From: Rubellimicrobium sp.
GTDB lineage: Bacteria > Pseudomonadota > Alphaproteobacteria > Rhodobacterales > Rhodobacteraceae
DNA length: 42,896 nucleotides
Assembly: GCA_020832515.1 (NCBI GenBank)
Contig: JAFIEN010000001.1
Span: forward strand, 1 to 42,896
Direction: 5' to 3'
The notes below the pieces were generated by a model, which was not told the DNA's origin, ran no database searches, and worked only from the letters and a program-made list of their open reading frames with translations. This document shows positions 17,050 to 24,708 of the stretch, piece after piece; position 1 is the stretch's first letter; every line of letters starts with the position of its first letter. The position numbers and the translations under genes were made by a program.

Positions 17050-18678
17050 ATGACGCGCACGCTTCTGATCGGCCTCGACGGGGCGACCTTTACCGTTCTT
17101 GGCCCCTTCCTTGACGGCACCGCCCCCGAAGGCGTGGTGATGCCCTTCCTCGCCCATCTGATCGAGACGGGCTATTCCGGCACGCTGGCCTCGACCGCCC
17201 ATCCGCTGACGCCCCCGGCCTGGACCTCGGTCATGACGGGGCGCAATCCGGGCCATCACGGCATCTACGATTTCGTCCGCTTCGAGGACATGGGGCACGA
17301 GGTCTTCTTCACCCTTTATGATGCCCGCGACATCCGCGCCGAGACGCTCTGGCAGGTTGCCAGCCGACAGGGGAAAAGTGTCGTCTCGCTGAACTTCCCG
17401 ATGATGGCGCCGCCGCCCGAGATCAACGGCGCGCTGGTGCCCGGGTTCGTGTCGTGGAAGCATCTGCGCCGCAACACCTGGCCCGGCGGGCTTTACGACC
17501 GCATCAAGGCGATCCCCGGCTTCGACCCCAAGGAACTGTCCTGGGATTTCGAGCGCGAGGGCCAGATCGGCGAATTGATGGAGGACGCAGAGCTTCACGC
17601 CTGGGTCGACAAGCACCTGCCGCGCGACCGGCAATGGTTCACCATCGGCCTGACCCTTCTGCAGGAAGACCGGCCCGATCTCTTCGCGCTGATGCTCGAC
17701 GGCACCGACAAGATCCAGCACCAGGCCTGGCACCGGCTGGATCCCGCGCTCTGGACCGGCGACGGCGATGCGGCGGCGCAGGCGGTGCGGCGGCTGGTGG
17801 TGGATTATTTCCGGGGCCTCGACGGCTATCTCAAGGCCCTGCACGAGGCCGCGCCCGAGGCGCAGATGATCATCGTCTCGGACCACGGCTTTGCCGGGGC
17901 CTGGACGGTGGTGCGGATCAACAACTACCTTGAAAGCCTGGGCCATCTGACCTGGCGCGCGAATGACGGCTCCGAAGCCGCACGGCGGCGGGACCTGTCG
18001 AATTTCGCCAATCTCGACTGGAGCCGGACCCAGGCCTTCTGTCCCACGCCCTCGTCGAACGGGATCGTCATCCGCAAGAAATCGCCCGCCTGCCCCGCGG
18101 GCGTGGACCCGGCCGATTACCCCGCCTTCCGCGCCCAGCTGATCGAGGATCTGCTGGCGCTGCGCGACCCCGAAACGGGCAAGCAGGTCATCGCCCGCGT
18201 GATGACGCGCGAAGAGGCCTTCCCCGGACAGGCGATGGACCAGGCCCCCGATCTGACCCTGTTTCTGGCCGATCACGGCTTCGTCTCGGTCAGGAACCGT
18301 GTCCCCCCGGTGGTGACGCGGCCCATACCCATGGGCACCCATCACCCCGACGGCATCTTCGTCATGGCCGGCCCCGGCGTGCGGGCGGCCAAGGGCGCGC
18401 GGCTGTCGATCGTCGATACCACGGCGATCGCGGCCCATAGCATTGGCCTGCCCGTGCCACAGGATTTCGAGGGGAAGGTGCCCGCGGACCTTTACGATCC
18501 AGACTGGCTGGCGCAGCATCCCGTCACCATCGGCCCGGCGACGCTTGCTGTCGCGGGGGCCGGAGAGGGGGCCACAGAGACGGCCAGCGAAACGGCCGGA
18601 ACGCAGGGGACCGAAGAGGATGAGCAGAGGGAAGAGGTGCTCGCCCAGCTTCGCCTGCTTGGCTATATCGAGGACTGA
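17050..18678 (+). CDS. Alkaline-phosphatase superfamily enzyme (type I phosphodiesterase / nucleotide pyrophosphatase-like)
   Basis: 542 aa. The N-terminal metal-site motif is LLIGLDGATFTVL. The nucleophile region is HPLTPPAWTSVMTGRNPGHHGIYDF. A later VSDHGF motif is typical of the AP/NPP fold. Confidence 0.8.
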   Translation: MTRTLLIGLDGATFTVLGPFLDGTAPEGVVMPFLAHLIETGYSGTLASTAHPLTPPAWTSVMTGRNPGHHGIYDFVRFEDMGHEVFFTLYDARDIRAETLWQVASRQGKSVVSLNFPMMAPPPEINGALVPGFVSWKHLRRNTWPGGLYDRIKAIPGFDPKELSWDFEREGQIGELMEDAELHAWVDKHLPRDRQWFTIGLTLLQEDRPDLFALMLDGTDKIQHQAWHRLDPALWTGDGDAAAQAVRRLVVDYFRGLDGYLKALHEAAPEAQMIIVSDHGFAGAWTVVRINNYLESLGHLTWRANDGSEAARRRDLSNFANLDWSRTQAFCPTPSSNGIVIRKKSPACPAGVDPADYPAFRAQLIEDLLALRDPETGKQVIARVMTREEAFPGQAMDQAPDLTLFLADHGFVSVRNRVPPVVTRPIPMGTHHPDGIFVMAGPGVRAAKGARLSIVDTTAIAAHSIGLPVPQDFEGKVPADLYDPDWLAQHPVTIGPATLAVAGAGEGATETASETAGTQGTEEDEQREEVLAQLRLLGYIED

Positions 18679-18702
18679 GGCCGGCCCCCCCGGCATGGTC
18701 CC

Positions 18703-18750
18703 GGCCAAGGTAACGGCCAAGGCCCCGGCCAAGGTCACGGCCAAACCCCC
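18703..18750. repeat. Four tandem copies of a 12-bp unit, GGCCAAGGTAAC / GGCCAAGGCCCC / GGCCAAGGTCAC / GGCCAAACCCCC
   Basis: GGCCAA cores start at 18703, 18715, 18727 and 18739, an exact 12-bp phase. The array lies in the 87-bp gap between the AP/NPP gene and the hydrolase gene. Confidence 0.9.
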
Positions 18751-18765
18751 GCCCCCGGCGCAGCG

Positions 18766-19788
18766 ATGAGCCGGATCACCGTCAACGGCGTCACGCTGAA
18801 CGTGACCGACCTGCCCGCGCGCCGCGCCGAGGCGCTGGTCCGGCGGCGGCTGGGTGCCGAAGGGCTGGCAGAGGAGTTTCCGGGGGGTCTTGGCCGCCTT
18901 GCCCGGCGGATCGGGGCGACGGACACGCCCATCGTGATGATCCACGGCCTCGCCGCCTCGCAGGCCTTCTGGTATGCGGCCGGTGCCCCCTTCCTGACCC
19001 TGCTCGGCCCCTGCCTGCTTTACGACCTGCGCGGGCATGGCAAGAGCGAGACCCCCCCCTCGGGCTATGGTGTCACCACCATGGCCGGGGATCTGGCCGC
19101 GCTAATGGAAGCGAAGGGCATTCATCGCGCCCATGTCGTGGCCCATTCCTTCGGCGGCATGATCGCCATCGCCCATGCGCTGGCCCGACCCGAGACGGTG
19201 GAAAGCCTGACCCTGGTCGATGTGCGGGTGCGCCCGATCCAGCAGAAGATCACCCTGCCCGTCCGCCCGCTGCCGCCTGCAGCCGAACGGCGGCTGGCGG
19301 CCCTTGGCCTCGATCTGGCCGAGGTGGCGCGGCAGGATGACGGGATCGGCTATCTGCGCACCGTCGCCCGGATCGAGGTCGAGGCGGGCGATGATGCCGG
19401 CGCACTGCTGTCCGCACTCTACCAGCATCCGCGCCTCTTCCGGTCACGGCGGGCGGCGGAACGCTGGATCGCGCTGACCGAGAAGGTCAGCCTGATCGCC
19501 GATCTGGACCGCGAGACGATCTTTTCCGCCGCCGACCTGCCACGCCTGACGATGCCGATGCTGGTGATGGCGGGGGGGCAGTCGGCGACCCTGCCTTCGG
19601 CGCGCGAACTGGCCCGGCTCTGCCCGCAGGCGATCTTTCACGAAGTGCCCGGCGTGGGGCATTTCTTCCCGATGTCGCAGCCGCGGCTGTTCCTGCGGCC
19701 CTGCCTGCGGTTCCTGCGGGCGGTCAACACCCCGCCGGGCCCCCCCCCCGCCGCGCGGGGCCGGCCTGAGACCTGGGATCGGACCTGA
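18766..19788 (+). CDS. Alpha/beta-fold hydrolase (candidate thioesterase/esterase of the PKS operon)
   Basis: 340 aa. It has the oxyanion-type IVMIHGLAAS, the nucleophile elbow VVAHSFGGMIA (GxSxG) and a C-terminal PGVGHFFP histidine region. Confidence 0.8.
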   Translation: MSRITVNGVTLNVTDLPARRAEALVRRRLGAEGLAEEFPGGLGRLARRIGATDTPIVMIHGLAASQAFWYAAGAPFLTLLGPCLLYDLRGHGKSETPPSGYGVTTMAGDLAALMEAKGIHRAHVVAHSFGGMIAIAHALARPETVESLTLVDVRVRPIQQKITLPVRPLPPAAERRLAALGLDLAEVARQDDGIGYLRTVARIEVEAGDDAGALLSALYQHPRLFRSRRAAERWIALTEKVSLIADLDRETIFSAADLPRLTMPMLVMAGGQSATLPSARELARLCPQAIFHEVPGVGHFFPMSQPRLFLRPCLRFLRAVNTPPGPPPAARGRPETWDRT

Positions 19789-19794
19789 AGCCGG

Positions 19795-20487
19795 TCAGAA
19801 CCGCCCGAAGCCGCGGCGTCCGGCGGTCCGGGCCCCGCCCGGCCGGCCCCGCATCGCCTCGGCCCGTTTGGCCAGGGTCTGGAGTTTCTCGACGCTGATC
19901 CCGCTTACGGCCGCCTCGCCCTCCTGCGCGGTCAGGAACTGCAGCGCCATGGCCGCAACCCTGGACCCCGGTGCCCCCGGATCCTCGGCGCGCTGGCCCA
20001 GCATCCCCACAAGCTGGGCGACGCCGTAGCGGGTGAAGGGGGTCCCGGGCACCGTCTCGGGATCGGTCGGCGGGATCTGGGTCAGGATGCGATAGACATG
20101 CATCACGATCTGGCGCTGCATCGGCTGCGCGCCCGAGGCGCTGCCGGCGAACTGCATCAGAAGATCGGGAATGCCCTTGCCGGCCTGGGCAAAGGGATCG
20201 CGTCCGGCCGCCTCGTCCACAGGGGGGACAGCTGTGGTGACAGTCGGGGTGACAGCTGTGGTGGGGGCGGGCCTGTCGGGGGTGGCGGCATCCTCGGCAT
20301 CGGGGCTCTGGCTGTCCGGGGATGGCTGGCTGTGCTGGGCCATGATCGCGCCCAGATCGCGCGGGACGGGATCGGCAATCTGCTGACGCCGTGCCTTGAG
20401 CGCATCGAGCCGTGCCTTGCGCTGCTGGAGGCCGCCCGAAGCCGGAAGGGCCTCGTCGGGGGACGTGCCCTGGTCGTCATTTGCCAT
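19795..20487 (-). CDS. Small unknown protein P2, paralog of P1
   Basis: This is the internal ATG at 20487 within track ORF 19795-20595, preceded by GGGGAG 6 nt upstream. The core HVYRILTQIPPTDPETVPGTPFTRYGVAQLVGMLGQRAEDPGAPGSRVAAMALQFLTAQEGEAAVSGISVEKLQTLAKRA aligns with P1. The tail is Gly/Arg-rich, ...RGRPGGARTAGRRGFGRF. Confidence 0.7.
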   Translation of the reverse strand: MANDDQGTSPDEALPASGGLQQRKARLDALKARRQQIADPVPRDLGAIMAQHSQPSPDSQSPDAEDAATPDRPAPTTAVTPTVTTAVPPVDEAAGRDPFAQAGKGIPDLLMQFAGSASGAQPMQRQIVMHVYRILTQIPPTDPETVPGTPFTRYGVAQLVGMLGQRAEDPGAPGSRVAAMALQFLTAQEGEAAVSGISVEKLQTLAKRAEAMRGRPGGARTAGRRGFGRF

Positions 20488-20591
20488 GAAAACTCCCCTC
20501 GCACCGCAATGCACTGATGTCGCGCGGACCTTAGACACTCGGCCCGGGTCAGGCAATCGGGCTTTCCCCGCCGGGTCCTGCGACAGGAAGG

Positions 20592-21701
20592 TCACGGGGA
20601 TACGAAGGTCACGGGGACCCGGCCCGCGCCGACACCTTCATGACCCAGGATCACGCCCGCGCCGGTCACCACCGCGACCCCGACCGAGCCCGCATCCCCG
20701 GGCAGGTCGGGGGATGGCAGATCCTCCCACCCGGCCGGCCCGGTCGCCCGGAAGATCCGCACCGGTCCCATGTAGTCAAGAAGATCGGGCAGGGCCCCGC
20801 GCCGGTCGGGCAGGCTCTCGCCCAGAAAGTCCTGCAGGACGGCGAAGGTTCCGGCCTGTCCCGTGGCGATGGCCTTGACGGCGGCATTTCCGGGCTGGCC
20901 GAAACCCGGCATCCGGCCCGACAGCGGCCGTTTGAGGCCTTGGGGCGTGAAACGGGGCTGGCCTGCCACGATCTCCCAACCGTCCCCGGGATCGAGGTGC
21001 AGGATCTCGGGGCCCCAGTCGCCGGCCTGGACGGGTCCGCCGGCCAGCGGCGCCGTGCCCAGAAGCAGCCCCCCCGCATCTTCGGACAGGGGGCTTGCGG
21101 CCGAAATCATCGCGTTCAGCGCGAATCTTTGCGCCCCGCGGTCAAGAACGGGTGCCAGAACGGGCTTCGTGGCATCGGCCCGGGTGCGGAAGACGGCAAA
21201 GCCCGCCGCCGGATCGGCGACGAAGACATGCAGCAGCCCCCCCGCAAGCACGAGACCCGTGACCATCCGCCCGCCCGACAGGGCCAGCGGCCCCAGATCG
21301 ATCGCCTTGGGGGCCGTCTGCCGCGCGGTCCCGGTCCTGACCCGCAACAGGCGCTGCGCGGCCCCGTCGTGGACATCCGGATCGCCGGTCAGCGCGAAAA
21401 GGACCGTGCCGTCGCCCGCCGCGGCCCGAAGCCCCTCGGGCGCGGCCTTGGCAAGGGCAGCGCCCGCGCGCGGGATCGCGGCCTCGGGAAACCGCAGGGC
21501 AAGGCCGGCAAGCGCCACCGGCATCCCCCCGTCGGGCAGGTCGGCCTCGCCCCCCTCGCCCCGCGCGTCGAGCCTGTACAGCCGCAGGCCGATCCTGCCG
21601 CTGTCCACATCCGTCTCTTCGACCAGCGCCAGAACGCCGTCACCCGCAGGGACAAGGTCGCGCACCACCGACAGGATGGTCTCGTCCGATGCTGTGGTCA
21701 T
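20592..21701 (-). CDS. Unknown protein, shorter paralog of the 506-aa propeller-like protein
   Basis: 369 aa. The start overlaps the ST1 stop as ATGA (21698-21701). The segment GPEILHLDPGDGWEIVAGQPRFTPQGLKRPLSGRMPGFGQPGN aligns with GPELIRIYEDGQWDLVVGYQRDTPEGMKIPLSGFAPGFDNPFN of ORF 24705-26225. Confidence 0.6.
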   Translation of the reverse strand: MTTASDETILSVVRDLVPAGDGVLALVEETDVDSGRIGLRLYRLDARGEGGEADLPDGGMPVALAGLALRFPEAAIPRAGAALAKAAPEGLRAAAGDGTVLFALTGDPDVHDGAAQRLLRVRTGTARQTAPKAIDLGPLALSGGRMVTGLVLAGGLLHVFVADPAAGFAVFRTRADATKPVLAPVLDRGAQRFALNAMISAASPLSEDAGGLLLGTAPLAGGPVQAGDWGPEILHLDPGDGWEIVAGQPRFTPQGLKRPLSGRMPGFGQPGNAAVKAIATGQAGTFAVLQDFLGESLPDRRGALPDLLDYMGPVRIFRATGPAGWEDLPSPDLPGDAGSVGVAVVTGAGVILGHEGVGAGRVPVTFVSP

Positions 21702-22672
21702 GTCCTGCCTCCGGCCCCCATCGCCTTGCCCCCCTCGCTTTGTCCCTGTTGCCTTGCCTGCCGCCCGTCATCCGCGCCGTCCTGTCCGTCATAGCCCAGG
21801 ATCGCGGCCAGAAGCCGCGTCTCGGAGCCGAAATGGACGACCCGGTCCTCGACCCATTCGAGCGGATCGTCGAGGGTCTCGGGCTTGATCTTGCCGATCC
21901 GGAGCGCGGGATTCGCCATGAAGCCGGGGTTGTTGCCGTTCTTCGCATTGTCCGGCCCCGGTCGGGCGAAGGGCGAATCCTCGGGGTGCAGCATCGCCCC
22001 GATCGCGGCCTCGGCGTCGTCGAGATCCATCCAGGCGCAGATCTGGCGCAGGATCGGGGCCGGATCCTCGAAGAAATCCTCGCCCCTGAGATACATGTAT
22101 TGCCCCGGCGCCAGACCGCGTCCGAAATCGAGCAATTCGCGATGCCGCCTGGTCCAGAGCATCTCGAGATCGGTCGTATCCATCTGACGCCCCCGCCGGT
22201 TGCGATAGGCCGCAGCCGCCCGCGACCGGCAGGTGGCGCGGGGGTGGCGGGCCAGATGCAGATACCAGGCATCGGGATAGGCGCGATGGAGCTGGCGCAG
22301 GGCCTTGCCTTGCGAATTGGTCGGGCTCTTGTCCACCAGCGCGCGGGGGGCGGCCATCTTGCGCAATTCCTCGAACATGCGCGCGCCGGTCCAGTCCTCA
22401 TGCCCGCGCAGCCAGTCGTTGACCTGGTTGACGGTTTCCTCGGTCTGCACCCCGAACATGAGTTCCGCCACCGCCCGGCGCAGCCCGGTCATCGCGCCGG
22501 GGATGCCGAAGAAGGGGATATCGGCATCCATCAGGTCGCGCACGGTGGGGGCGATGAAGAGATTGACCTCGGGCAGGCCGAACATCTGCGGATGCTGGCC
22601 AATCGCGGCGCAGACGACCGAGGAAAACGACCGGCCGGGGCAGAGGATGAACAGGGGCTGGCGCAGCGTCAT
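21698..22672 (-). CDS. Sulfotransferase-family protein ST1
   Basis: 324 aa. The N-terminal P-loop-like 5'-PSB region is PLFILCPGRSFSSVV. The 3'-PB-like region is WYLHLARHP. A later YLRGEDFFEDPAPILRQICAWMDL resembles the sulfotransferase C-terminal signature. It is a paralog of ST2 and ST3. The start overlaps the ST2 stop as ATGA. Confidence 0.7.
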   Translation of the reverse strand: MTLRQPLFILCPGRSFSSVVCAAIGQHPQMFGLPEVNLFIAPTVRDLMDADIPFFGIPGAMTGLRRAVAELMFGVQTEETVNQVNDWLRGHEDWTGARMFEELRKMAAPRALVDKSPTNSQGKALRQLHRAYPDAWYLHLARHPRATCRSRAAAAYRNRRGRQMDTTDLEMLWTRRHRELLDFGRGLAPGQYMYLRGEDFFEDPAPILRQICAWMDLDDAEAAIGAMLHPEDSPFARPGPDNAKNGNNPGFMANPALRIGKIKPETLDDPLEWVEDRVVHFGSETRLLAAILGYDGQDGADDGRQARQQGQSEGGKAMGAGGRT

Positions 22673-23622
22673 GGGGGGGTGGTTTCCTTGACCGGGTAAA
22701 GCGTCGTGGCCGCCTCGGGATAGCCCAGTTGCAGGGCAAGGGCGACGGTTGCGGGCGCGGGGCGGCGGCCCCCTTCCGTCCAGTCGAGGGGCGTGTCGAG
22801 TGCGGGCATCTCGATGGCACGGGGCGCATAGACGGGATTGCGCAGGAAGGCCGGATCATTGCCGAAGGGGGCCGATTCGGGGCCGACCCGCGCATAGGGC
22901 GAAGCCTCGGGATGGCGCATCGCGGCCAGATCTGCAGGGGTCGCCGGAATGTCCAGCCACTCGCAGATCTGGGCAAGGTAGCGGTCGGGATCGGTCAGCA
23001 GATCCTCGCCCCGGATCGCCATGAACCGGCCCGGCGCGATCCGGGGGGCAGCGTCCAGGATGGCGCTGTTGATCCGCAACCAGAGAAGCTCGGGATCGCG
23101 CCCGGAGGCCCGGGCACCCGGGCCGAACCCCTTGCCATGACCCGTGATCTTCGCGATCGAGGCCGTGGTCGCCACGGGATGGCGATAGAGATGCAGGAAC
23201 CGCGCCTCGGGGAAAAGCGCGATGGCGCAGGCGATCCGGTCGGGCTGCAGCACGGTGCTGGGGCTTTTCTCGACCAGCATGGCCGGGGCCGCCCGGGCGG
23301 CGAACCAGCCCATCAGGTCGGTCGGGCTCCAGTCGCGCCGCTCGGCCAGAAAGCGGCGGGCGCGGGCCAGGCCCTGTTCGGTCTGGGCCCCGTACTCCAG
23401 TTCGGCCACCGCCCGGTAGAGCCCGTCGAGCGTGCGCTTGCGGACCATCTGCAGAAGGTCGATCGCGGTGCCGAGGCGGGTGTCGATGAAGGGATTGACC
23501 TCGGGCAGGGCGTAAAGCGCCGGATGCTGCCCCAGCATGGAACTGACCAGCGAGGAATAGGATCGCATGCAGGTCAGGATGAACAGCGGCTGGTTCGGGA
23601 TCTGGGGCAAGGTCGGGGTCAC
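22669..23622 (-). CDS. Sulfotransferase-family protein ST2
   Basis: The track ORF runs to GTG 23676. I prefer GTG 23622 because GGAG lies 6 nt upstream. Motifs: PLFILTCMRSYSSLV, RFLHLYRHP, AIRGEDLLTDPDRYLAQICEWLDI. Confidence 0.7.
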   Translation of the reverse strand: MTPTLPQIPNQPLFILTCMRSYSSLVSSMLGQHPALYALPEVNPFIDTRLGTAIDLLQMVRKRTLDGLYRAVAELEYGAQTEQGLARARRFLAERRDWSPTDLMGWFAARAAPAMLVEKSPSTVLQPDRIACAIALFPEARFLHLYRHPVATTASIAKITGHGKGFGPGARASGRDPELLWLRINSAILDAAPRIAPGRFMAIRGEDLLTDPDRYLAQICEWLDIPATPADLAAMRHPEASPYARVGPESAPFGNDPAFLRNPVYAPRAIEMPALDTPLDWTEGGRRPAPATVALALQLGYPEAATTLYPVKETTPP

Positions 23623-23685
23623 ACTGGCTCCGTCATCGTGTCTTCTGGACCGGGCCGCGCATCCCCCGGGTGTCACACCCCGGTG

Positions 23686-24708
23686 TCACTGGGCCAGGAA
23701 GAACCGGGCGATATGCCCGGTCGCGTCGAAATGGGGCGAGACATAGACGTCGTTGCGCTCTTGCCAGCGGGCCGGGTCGATCCCGGGCCAGCCATGCCCG
23801 CCGCCCGAGACGGTGCAGAACTCGACCACCTCGCGGGTGCCGCAGGTCCTGATCTCGCAGGTCGTGTCCTGGGCGGGCTGGGTCACGGACGTGCCCAGCG
23901 TACACTGGTTGCGCTCCTGGAACAGCGCGATCCCGTTCAGGACGCTGGGATAATTGGCCCGGGCCGCCGACATGGTGCCGGCGCCGCCCTGCAGGGGCAC
24001 GTTCTGGTCGTTGCTGCCGTGGATATGCAGCAGGCTGACGCCGGTCGCCCCGATGCAGCGGTCCACCGCCATCGTGCCCGCGACCACGGCAATGGCCGAC
24101 AGCCGCTCGGGCATCTCGCAGGCCAGGCGATAGGCCATCATCCCCCCCGCCGAAAGCCCCGCGGCAAAGACGCGCGAGCGGTCGGCCGGATAGCGGGCCA
24201 GCACTTCATCGAGCATCGCGCCGACAAAGCCCGTGTCATCCACCCCGCTGCGCGCGGCAAAGCCCACGGGCGAGGCCCCCCCGGTATTCCACGATCCCCG
24301 GACCCCCTCGGGCACCACGAGCAGGAAGCCGTATCGGTCGGCCATCTCGACCAGGCCGGTGCGCGCGGCAAAGCTTTGCGGATCGCCGCCGCCGCCGTGA
24401 AAGGCCAGCATCACCGGCAAGGCCCCTGCCCCGCCTGCCGCAGGCTGATGGACGAAATAGCGCCGCGTCTCGCCGCCATGGGGCAGGGTGAAGGCGGTGA
24501 ACTGGCCCGAGGCCTCGGGCGCGGCCGAAATCGACTGGCGCTGGCGCTGGGTCTGCTGGCCGCCCTGCCGGTCGCGGTCCGCCCCCATCACCTCGCGCCA
24601 TTCGCGCACCGGGTTCACGCCGCCCGGCCCCCCCACGCAGGCCACGACCCAGACCGAAGCCGACAGCACAAGCCCCAGAACCAGAAGCGTGCGGGCGCGT
24701 TTTCTCAT
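23686..24708 (-). CDS. Secreted lipoprotein esterase of the PHB-depolymerase / LpqC (feruloyl-esterase-like) family
   Basis: 340 aa. The signal peptide has a lipobox (LVLSASVWVVAC). Family motifs are PVMLAFHGGGGD, VDDTGFV and the nucleophile elbow AAGLSAGGMMAY. The start overlaps the upstream stop as ATGA (24705-24708). Confidence 0.78.
   Translation of the reverse strand: MRKRARTLLVLGLVLSASVWVVACVGGPGGVNPVREWREVMGADRDRQGGQQTQRQRQSISAAPEASGQFTAFTLPHGGETRRYFVHQPAAGGAGALPVMLAFHGGGGDPQSFAARTGLVEMADRYGFLLVVPEGVRGSWNTGGASPVGFAARSGVDDTGFVGAMLDEVLARYPADRSRVFAAGLSAGGMMAYRLACEMPERLSAIAVVAGTMAVDRCIGATGVSLLHIHGSNDQNVPLQGGAGTMSAARANYPSVLNGIALFQERNQCTLGTSVTQPAQDTTCEIRTCGTREVVEFCTVSGGGHGWPGIDPARWQERNDVYVSPHFDATGHIARFFLAQ

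Noticed and set aside
3308-18750. Possibility that the short tandem arrays (3308-3373, 16534-16585, 18703-18750) are CRISPR arrays
   Set aside because: The units are 12-14 bp and directly abut one another with no unique spacers. No cas genes are present.
16789-19038. 749-aa minus-strand ORF
   Set aside because: It is antisense to the ACP, AP/NPP and hydrolase genes and has low-complexity composition.
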